A stretch of 60,323 nucleotides of DNA, counting the filler, from Dirinaria sp. TL-2023a (lineage: Eukaryota): the NCBI GenBank assembly GCA_051941275.1. It is 7 parts of 7 records of this genome, joined end to end, with 100 filler letters (N's around TTAATTAATTAA, not from the genome) between each part and the next. Parts side by side here need not be neighbours in the genome. Positions count along the whole stretch, not along the records: positions 51,819 to 60,323 come from JAVEBF010001176.1; 6 more parts are not named here. The stretch is one strand, 5' to 3'. The position numbers were made by a program, and so were the translations under genes. This document shows, piece by piece, positions 51,719-60,323 of this stretch. The notes beneath the pieces were generated by a model. The model was given only the letters and a program-made list of their open reading frames with translations, was not told the origin of the DNA and did not search any database. The stretch's first letter is position 1. Every line of letters starts with the position of its first letter.

Positions 51719-52210
51719 NNNNNNNNNNNNNNNNNNNNNNNNNNNNNNNNNNNNNNNNNNNNTTAATTAATTAANNNNNNNNNNNNNNNNNNNNNNNNNN
51801 NNNNNNNNNNNNNNNNNNGAACTTGTTGGGGGAAAGTGGGTGGTGCATGCTTATGGGCATTCAGGTGCTGGATATCAAAATTCCGTTGGAGTCGCTGGGA
51901 GACTCGTCGGACTAGTGGCGACTATAATGTAGCTCGGAACAGAAGACCGAGCCTTCGGCTTTGATGGAACGGGTTGTAAACCAAAGACTGGTGTTATATT
52001 TCTGTTGAGTGGACAGTATAGTGAACAAAGTTGTTCGAGATTTAAGGGATGATGGTCACTTCGTATTTCATCGCTGGGGATTCAGTACAAGCCAAGACCA
52101 AGGAAGTTTTCCAACCTCGTCCATTGCAAGAGCTTTTGGGATTACGATATGCGGGCTCATCAAATTCTCAGCATAGAATGAGTTGGAAATGTTTTTTGGT
52201 GTCAGCCGAT

Positions 52211-53071
52211 TTAATTGAGTTCGACATCGCCAACAACAGCTCTGTGGTCTGAGTTGTAGACCCCGTCTTCGAATCTATTCTCAAGTACAGCGTAATTCTT
52301 GACAGTCCAGCCATTGCTTCCGGAAGACTTCGGGATGTTGTAGTTTAAAAACAGAAAGTCAATCCTGTGGTCAGGCTTGCCTTGAAAGCCGCTGAATGTG
52401 AGATTATGCCCATACCTTTGCGGTTCAGGGACCAAAGATCTGAGATCATACATCGGCGAATCGTCGCTGGTCATGAGCAAGTAAGCTTCAGTATTGGGTG
52501 GGCTGTTGAAATCGCCAGCCAGGAATACGCCATTCGACTCATTCTTGAGGCTGTCAACCTCATGAAGGATTATCTTGGCGGCTTCAAGTCGCGATCTAGG
52601 CCCCGCGTGATCCAGATGTGTGCTCATCGCGACGATGCGCTTCTTGCTTTCACGATGTTGGAAGCACCCCACCGTCAGGATGCGAATGCAGGCTGCGTCC
52701 CAGCCGCGTGAAGGGCGGTCAGGCGTTTCTGAAAGCCAGACGGTCTTCCAGTGTTTGAGCTCCCATATTGCAGGCTGATAAATGATGGGGGAGTATTCGC
52801 CAGCTTCTTTCCCATCATCTCGACCCACTCCAATGTACTGCCACTTCGTTCCCGATGCGTTCAGGCCAGAGACAATGTCTTGCAGTTGGCCGTGAAGAAC
52901 CTCTTGCAGGCATATGAAGGACTCGGCACAGTGGGCTGTATTAAAATTGAGTTCACTGATCATGCGGGTTCTGCGCACCTCCCAGTAGTCTTCGCCTTGA
53001 AAGGGATGGCTCGTTGCATATCGAATATTATGAGAAAGCAGACGGATGGGAAGCGGGTATTTGGACTTCAT
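52211..53071 (-). CDS. Endonuclease/exonuclease/phosphatase (EEP) family hydrolase
   Basis: SHNIRY, CLQEV, GVGRDDGKEAGEYSPI, THLDH, AGDFNS, IDFLF, SDHRAVV; likely ATG at 53071. Confidence 0.93.
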   Translation of the reverse strand: MKSKYPLPIRLLSHNIRYATSHPFQGEDYWEVRRTRMISELNFNTAHCAESFICLQEVLHGQLQDIVSGLNASGTKWQYIGVGRDDGKEAGEYSPIIYQPAIWELKHWKTVWLSETPDRPSRGWDAACIRILTVGCFQHRESKKRIVAMSTHLDHAGPRSRLEAAKIILHEVDSLKNESNGVFLAGDFNSPPNTEAYLLMTSDDSPMYDLRSLVPEPQRYGHNLTFSGFQGKPDHRIDFLFLNYNIPKSSGSNGWTVKNYAVLENRFEDGVYNSDHRAVVGDVELN

Positions 53072-53436
53072 GGTTTGACGGGATGTAGAGATCCAATTGC
53101 TTGAAGCTATGCCGACAGATCTTTGTGATGAGGCTTGTGGCGCGAGCAATAAGACAGACCGTTCACCTTGTAATAATGAATGCGCCGTGAAGCGAGAAGA
53201 GTACCTTCTTACATAGATGGAGGGGTCGGCGAGGTTAAGGTAGCTGAAGGCAAGGTAAGGTAGGGTGAGATTTCGTGCCAATCAGTCTCCCCCTGAGTTC
53301 GCTTGTTCGCTTCGAGCCCCACCAACACTAACCCCTCCATACTTCACGATCCGCCTTCCCTTCTTCCAGAAGGACATCTTGTGATCTCCAGGACAGGAGT
53401 CTTAAAAAAACCCAGTAATCGCAGAAATCGGGAATT

Positions 53437-54981
53437 ATGGCTGAGGACGGAGTCGTTGGTAAGCGTCCAATTCCTATGTCGTCCTTGTTGTACGACGCTG
53501 GCTATCTTTTCTCATGCCATAATTGCTCCGTCGATATAATCGCCAATCTCTAGATGATTCATGGGCGCTGTTTGGATTGGGCAGTAACTGACATCTATGT
53601 CGAAGATTACACGTTAAACAACCCTGATACCCTCACGAAATACAAGACCGCCGCACAAATCTCCCATCGTGTATTGGAAGCAGTGACAGGTATATGCCAC
53701 CATTCCGTATCGCCAGTCTGTGATATTTACAATGATCAGCATGGTGCACCGAGGGTGCAAATATACTCTCGATATGCAAGAAGGGCGACGAAATGCTGGA
53801 AGCGGAAGTTGGCAAGGTCTACAAGGGGAAGAAAATAACTAAAGGTAATTGAAAGAAGATGTAGGATGGTAGGCTTCCGCTGAAAACGAGTTCGGATCAG
53901 GGATTTCACATCCTACTACTGTATCGCCCAGTTCTTTCGTCACGCCCTACACACCTCTGTCCACAGACGCTGAAGATGCTGGGGCAGTATTGAAGCCTAA
54001 GGAAGCGGTCAAGATCCAATTAGGGGCGCAAATCGACGGCCTCGGCACCATTGTGTGTGACACAATACTAGTCGGTAATAAAGGTGGCGATGTGCGTGGC
54101 CGGGAAGCAGACTTGATGCTCGCTACATACTATGCAAACGAACTTCTCCTACGTCTCATGTTACCGCCGGGCCTGCTCGCCTCCGGGTCCGAGGAAGAAA
54201 AGAAGAAAGCCGCTTCAGCCAAACCAATAACCCAAAGCAAGATCACGCAGATGTTGGAGAAAGTTGTGAAGAGCTATGACTGCAATTTGATTGAGGGTAC
54301 GACCTCGTGGCTCTTTGAAAGGAATGAGATTGAAGGTAAGAAAAAAATTGTTCTGGCACCATCTGAAAATAGCAAAGGCGAGGGTGTCCCAGAAATAGGA
54401 GACGTCTGGGGCGTCGAGATGGGCGTTAGTCTAGGGACGGGCAAAATCAAGACTCTGGACAACCGACCTACTTTACACCGAAGAACCACCATCACGTATC
54501 AATTGAAGAGGCCTAGCTCCCGCCAAATTCTTTCTGAAATTGTCAAGAAGTTTGGTACTTTCCCATTCAGCTTACGGCAGCTTGACGACGAGAGGGCAGC
54601 CAAGGTCGGCGTCGTAGAATGCGTCCGTCAGAATGTAGTCCGGGCATATGAGGTTGTTGCAGACAAAGATTCAGCACCTGTAGGTAGGCTTTTGACGACA
54701 ATAGGTGAGTGGGGTATCATCGAAGGAGTATGGAGCCGAACAGCTAATACGAAATAGCTATTACAAAGAACGGCATCGTCCGCCTAGGTGCACCGCCAGC
54801 TTTGGATACTTCAAAGTACAAGACTGACAAGAAAATCACTGATGAGGAGATTTTAAAGATCCTCGAACAGCCTACGGCCAAGTCCACCGGCGCTAAGAGC
54901 AAGAATAAGAAGAAAAAGAAGAAGCCAGCTAAAAAAGCTTCAGAAGAGGATGAGGATGAGGATTCCAGTGATGATGACTGA
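53437..54981 (+). CDS. cdb4: Curved-DNA-binding protein Cdb4 / PA2G4 (Ebp1), peptidase M24 fold, multi-exon
   Basis: DYTLNNPDTLTKYKTAAQIS, GISHPTTVSP, VKIQLGAQIDG, YQLKRPSSR, FGTFPFSLRQL; Lys-rich then acidic C-terminus. Confidence 0.92.
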
Positions 54982-55782
54982 TTCATACACTTTCATCCTC
55001 CATGTAATAGCAAGTGGCGTTGCGCGCCGAAGGTATGCATTGGACGTGGATCTCAGCTCTACTGACTAGGCGGCACCGCTTAGCTGCTGCTGTCAAAAGG
55101 CTGACACAGTGAGCGGAGGGAATTGTATTTGAGTTGATGCCTCCCTTTACCGCTCTTTCAAGGATGGTCGAGGACCAGCAGCACGCATATCACTAAAAGC
55201 AAATAAAAATCTGTTGCCCGATCAAGGGAAGAGACCTTGTTCGACATGACTGGGCGAGTGAAGGTCATGACAGTGAGATAGTGAAGTTAGCAAGTCTAGC
55301 AATAAAAGACACTAGTGCCTATTGTCTTATTGTCTTTATGTTGCACTTAGTCAACAATAGTAATCGAATCCAACTGCGTTCAAATCCGAAACTTACTTCA
55401 AGCACTTGAGTTGACCACCAACCTCATCATTTTTAAAATCCAATACACTCGAACTACCCAGTACTGTATTCGCAACACAAGATTTACCCAGATCTTTGAC
55501 ACACAAGAACGTTGGAGAGAACGGTGGTCCTGTGATCATTCTCCGTCAGTTTTTCTTTTTGCGGACCCTGCCCCCTTCGAGCCCCTGTAAGCGAGGGCCG
55601 GTCCCTCCCAAACTTCTACAACTCTCAACATCACGCGCAGTTTATGCCTACACCACTCCTTTGAAACTGTAGCAGTATCTTTAGTGAGTTGTATATGCAG
55701 CTTTCTGCCTTGCGGACTATTTCCTTGGTACTAACAACTCATAGATCAAACGTAATCCGCCACCCAACGTGGGGTTTCCGCC

Positions 55783-58700
55783 ATGGTCTCAGCACGGAGG
55801 ATGCGATCCTCTCGACTAACGAGTCCCGTAAATGCCACTGCAACGGACTCTGAACCTCCAAGTCTGGAGGTAAAGGCGACTTCGATGCCACAGAGCGGGG
55901 TATGGCAAGAGCCTGCTTTGCGGCCGCCGGCGCCAAGTTTCGAAGATTATAAAGGCTACGAGAGAAATGCTATCCTCAAGAATATGATGCCACTGGGTCA
56001 TTTCCCTTCGCAGAAAGAGAAAGACAGGATTCTGAGATCCGATGTCCCAGCTGCTAGAAAGTCGACACTCCCCAAGATGGGAAAGAAAACGCCTCCCAAA
56101 GACGATGCAGACACAAGGGAGGCAACACCCGTGGTAAACCATGTCGGAAGCCGAGATTCAGCACCTAAAACTACTATTGTGAATGGGAAGAAAGGCAATG
56201 GAATTTACGGATCTACAGCGTTTGCTGAACCTCCACCAGTGTTGAAGGCGACAGGGCAGAAAATACCAGATGTACCCAACCCCTCTTCACCTGGGCGAGT
56301 CCGCCTGAAAAGCGTCGTTGACGCAGCTCTCCGACGAGCGACCGAGCAAGGTAACCCGTACCTGGGTAAAGCTATCGAAAGGCTATGGCAGGATAGTATC
56401 AAGGAGCCGAGGATCGCAGACTTGATGGAGGCCGTCCTATCACGCCGGCCAACCCCCCAACAGACCGAGGAATTCCAAGAACGTGTCAAAATTGCCAAAA
56501 AGGCGTGCAAGGAGGCAGACATGTCAGCCAGGCATCCATCCTCGGGTGTAAATTCAGCATCAAAATCAGCTATGCAGTCGCCTTCCAAGAGCGACCGCGG
56601 AAGCGTCGCACGGCGTCTGGGCACAGCAGAAGATAGTTCGGATGCGCCCGGGTCCAATCGAAATCTCAACCCTCCATCTCTGAAACGACACGCCAACCAC
56701 ATGGATGTGAACGGCACTCCCTCCAAATCAGAGCGGCCTTCTAAACGGCACAAGCGCTTGAAAAGCTTTTCCAGTTCAACCTCATCTCTTTCGTCCATCT
56801 CGTCTACAGAGAATGAGCCGCCTTCTCGGCACGATAAAGGGTCTTCCGCTACTGATCAACCACAGCTACTTTCGCCATTGGGCAAGCAACCGATCGGTCC
56901 AAGGCTACATTCATTCCCGTTGAACACGAATTACAGATCTAGTAATAGACAGCCAGCTAACCACGACACACAAAGCGCCGAAGACACCGTCGATGAGACC
57001 GATGCACAAAGACGTAAACTGCGGAAGACGCATGATGTTACCGTCAACGATAGCAACCTCCGAAAACCTTTGAACGGAGCTGTACAGCAACTGATCAGGT
57101 CAGAACGAGCCACTCCATCGATCACGATAAAGGCAGCGCAATCGCGCTTACGCAACGGTGGACTTACAGACGATGTCGACGTAGAATCGTCACTCTCGCC
57201 TTTGGATGGCGAACTCTTAGCACCGCCATTTCCCTCTGATCAGATGGTAACAAGAGGTGCTACCCCCAATCGCTTGGGACGGCCACCGAAGAATATGAGG
57301 AAGGGCGCCCGTGTTAAGATGTCGTAAGTCAGAGCTTTCTTTCTGTGGCTGCAAAATTAGGGTTTTGTATCCTCATTCACTTGCTTCACTTCGTTTAAAA
57401 CTATTGTCTTCCAGCGCTTTTTCTATTGTCGCAAGAGTTTCGAGTTTCGTGGGTGAATCAGCCGAACCCCTATTGTCCTTTATTATTATCCCACCTTAGC
57501 TTGAACAGCTTCCAGCCTACCTCGCACTAGTACTTTGTAAAGTTTTCTATGACAACTTTCCTCCTACACAACTTCCAACCTTTCAGCATCTTACGCATCA
57601 CTTTTCAATCATCAACTGGAGCTGGCCTCCATTCGATTTAGTTATCTTGCATTGTCATCACAGACTCTTTCATCCTGTTCAAGTCATGCCTAAGGCACGC
57701 AAAGCTCCGAAATTTGCTAAGGCATCTGCAAACAGTCCTCAAAAAGCGAAGGGTATCACTGCTGGACGAGCTCGTCCTGCCGGAGAGGTTGAGGCGCCAG
57801 CTACCAACTCGAACGAAGTAAGCTCAACCCCCTATTTCTCCTTTACTACAATTGAGCAAGATCTAAGTACTTGCTGCTTTGCACCTAACTCAGACTACTC
57901 ATGTCTTCTTTCGCCCCTTGCGACAGTGTGATTACTAACTCGATGATAGCGTGATAATGATGATTATTGCGCGGCTTGCGGTGGAACTGGCCAGCTTCTC
58001 TGCTGCGACAACTGTGTTCGATCCTTTCACTTCACCTGTCTCGAACCTCCCCAAGATGAGCAGCATGCTCCCGAAGGCTCGTGGTTCTGCCGCGCTTGTC
58101 GCGCCGAAGAGCAGGATAGGAAAGCTCGCGAGGACTCCATGGATTTGGATTCGGAGGGCGAGTCTAAGGCCTATTTACTAGACAGTGTAATGGGTCCACT
58201 GTTCGGTAAATTGCACGGCAAGATTGAGCGCTCGTACGCTCTACCCAAGGTTGTTGCGGAGGCTTTCGAAGGTGTGAGGACGGGCGAGACTGGTGAATAT
58301 GAAGAGATTCCACTTCCCCGAACTAGGTATCTCTCAATGCATCGCGATGATTGAGCGCAATGACTAATCTTTAGTAGAACTCGTAGCGCAGACGATGCAC
58401 TGGCAGACATTGCGAAGCTTAAGCGGAAAGTCACAGAAAGCGTGGCACTCTGCTTTAAATGCGGCTGCTCCAACAATGACCTGCGCGAGGGAGATCCTCA
58501 CAATAGCGCCGTCCCCCGAGAAATTGTCTCATGTGATTACTGCGTACTATCCTGGCATCTCGACTGCCTTGATCCTCCCCTCGCTATTAATCCGAAGACT
58601 GTCCGACCTACGCTGGATGGAAAGAAGAGAGGGCCCCGAAGCAGGCAAAATACATACACGTGGATGTGTCCCAACCATGCAGCTTCTGATGACCCGAATC

Positions 58701-59344
58701 TCGAGTTTCGCCAGGGCGTAAGTCGCACCATCAATGGCAAAATTGGAAAAGTCCGTCGTCCAAAGCACGCCACCATTAGGGATGCTGGGCTTCGGCGCGG
58801 CTTTCAGAACAACGGCCTTATCGAGATACTCAATGACCCCACGGAAGATGAGGAGGAAGACGATACAGGTGTCATCTACCGTATCCAAGAGCGAGGCATC
58901 AAGCTCGACTTCATTGATCGCGTCAGACAGTACGTCCATTTCTCTCCAGTCCTATCGGCTATCCATAACTGACCTATGTACAGGATGAGAGCAGCCTCAG
59001 CCAAATCCCTTACTTCCAGCGACGCACGCAAACTTCACATAGCATCTGTCCGCCGCGAACGCGAGCGTGCAGCCGCCAAAGCCGAACGGGAAGAATTCCG
59101 CCGGCGTTCGTTCGCCGAGAAACAAGTTGCTATGACACTCGCTTCGTTGCACTCTGGTTCCGGCTCCCTTTCGCCTATCAATGTCGGTATCTCGGCTGTC
59201 GATAACCTCATCGGGACCTTGATCAGCGAAGCACCACCAGATGTGCAAGGGATGTATGAGAGAGAAGAAGTTCTGAGCGAGGCTCAGAAAGATACACTAC
59301 GCAAAGCGAAGGAGGAAATCGAAAGACTGCTGGCCAGGAACTAG
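55783..59344 (+). CDS. Double PHD-finger protein, Rco1/Cph-like (Rpd3S HDAC-associated), multi-exon; long intron 57324-57735
   Basis: PHD1 DNDDYCAACGGTGQLLCCDNCVRSFHFTCLEPP; PHD2 CFKC...IVSCDYCVLSWHLDCLDPPL...WMCPNH; NNGLIEI and GIKLDFI motifs. Confidence 0.85.
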
Positions 59345-59814
59345 GAACACCAACCGACCCCTTTCTCTCCACCCATCATTCATGGCCTTTCCCGTTCCAA
59401 AGACGACAGCGGTCCACGTCTTAAGAATCGCCATCATTCGGCCACACGGAACGAAGAGCTCCGAGCCGGATCACAAACGAGAGAGAGAAAAAGCAAAAAC
59501 GAACAATTGGATCATAAGGACCGAATACCATCAGAAGAAGCATTTCAAGTTTCTCCCCCTAGGCGTTTGCATGGATGGATGAGAAGTTTTTTTTTTTTTT
59601 TGAAACCTTTTCCCTTTTCTTCTCCAAGCACAAAGCACAAAGGGAGAGAGCATAGCCCCATGGCGTTTTCGGCATTTGGAAGAAATATCCATTCCCCCCT
59701 CAGTCCCCAAAAATGGGACTGAAAGGATCACACACAGATTACTCCGTCAAGGGTGGACGGACGGATACAAGGATGGCATTGGCATTTCTCACTTGGGCGC
59801 TCTTGAGGAAGGAA

Positions 59815-60227
59815 GTAGGTAGGTAGGTAGGTACCTATAAGTACCTTAAGTACCGAGCTGCGAATAGCATACAAGAATGCAAATGCAATCAATGTATGTA
59901 ACTATGCCGAGCGAGCAGAAGAGAGACAGAGCGAGAGAGAGAGAGAAAGCCGCGCATAGGCGGTTTTTTTTCGTTCCCTTCCCATAGATAAGGGAGGCAA
60001 AGGGGTAACTTTAGTATTTTGTTGTTGTTGTTCTTGTTGTTGTTTGTTTGTAGCACGATAGAAGAACTTCCCTCTTTTTTTTCCTCTCCCTCTTGATAAA
60101 TTGAAACCGAGTATTGCATAGAAAATTCTTTGGACTACTGAGGTGGCAAAGTTGCGGACATATTTTTTTTTTTCCCCTCCTAAGCTGGGAGCGAACAGGT
60201 TTTTTGCAAATTACATACATACATACA
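59815..60227. repeat. Microsatellite-rich contig end: (GTAG)n, (AG)n, (TTG)n, (TACA)n
   Basis: Direct reading. Confidence 0.85.
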
Positions 60228-60323
60228 CGACGATACTATCACCCCCCTTCCCCCTCCCCTATGGCACATACACCGCGATCGACCGGTTTTCCATATAATG
60301 ATGATGATACTACTATGCTATGC

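Overview
Fungal genomic DNA (filamentous ascomycete, Pezizomycotina; short GT-AG introns with CTRAY branch sites). The window is not one locus. It is seven ~8.5 kb contigs in decreasing length order (1-8561, 8662-17221, 17322-25856, 25957-34484, 34585-43102, 43203-51718, 51819-60323), joined by artificial 100-nt N44-TTAATTAATTAA-N44 spacers, so adjacency across spacers is meaningless. Recognisable genes: UBC6, a Pex23/Pex30-type peroxin, PAM16, a GCIP-like protein, the BBC1/Mti1 C-terminus, EMC4, AP-2 beta, a DHA1 MFS transporter, the UFE1 N-terminus, UDP-galactopyranose mutase, a complete 10-exon telomerase reverse transcriptase (TERT), an EEP hydrolase, Cdb4/PA2G4 and an Rco1-like double-PHD protein. 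Most notable oddities: (1) a 532-nt stretch downstream of TERT with no CC or GG but abundant CpG, suggesting CpC-targeted RIP-like hypermutation; (2) an intact ~1848-aa protein with a large unassigned soluble region fused to a CorA-like membrane module lacking the GMN motif; (3) long introns with in-frame internal ATGs in AP-2 beta and the PHD gene; (4) two GAG splice acceptors required by the reading frame; (5) an unexplained degenerate ~270-bp tandem repeat and a hairpin-rich 1.8-kb non-coding tract. All gene models were read by hand and no database searches were run.
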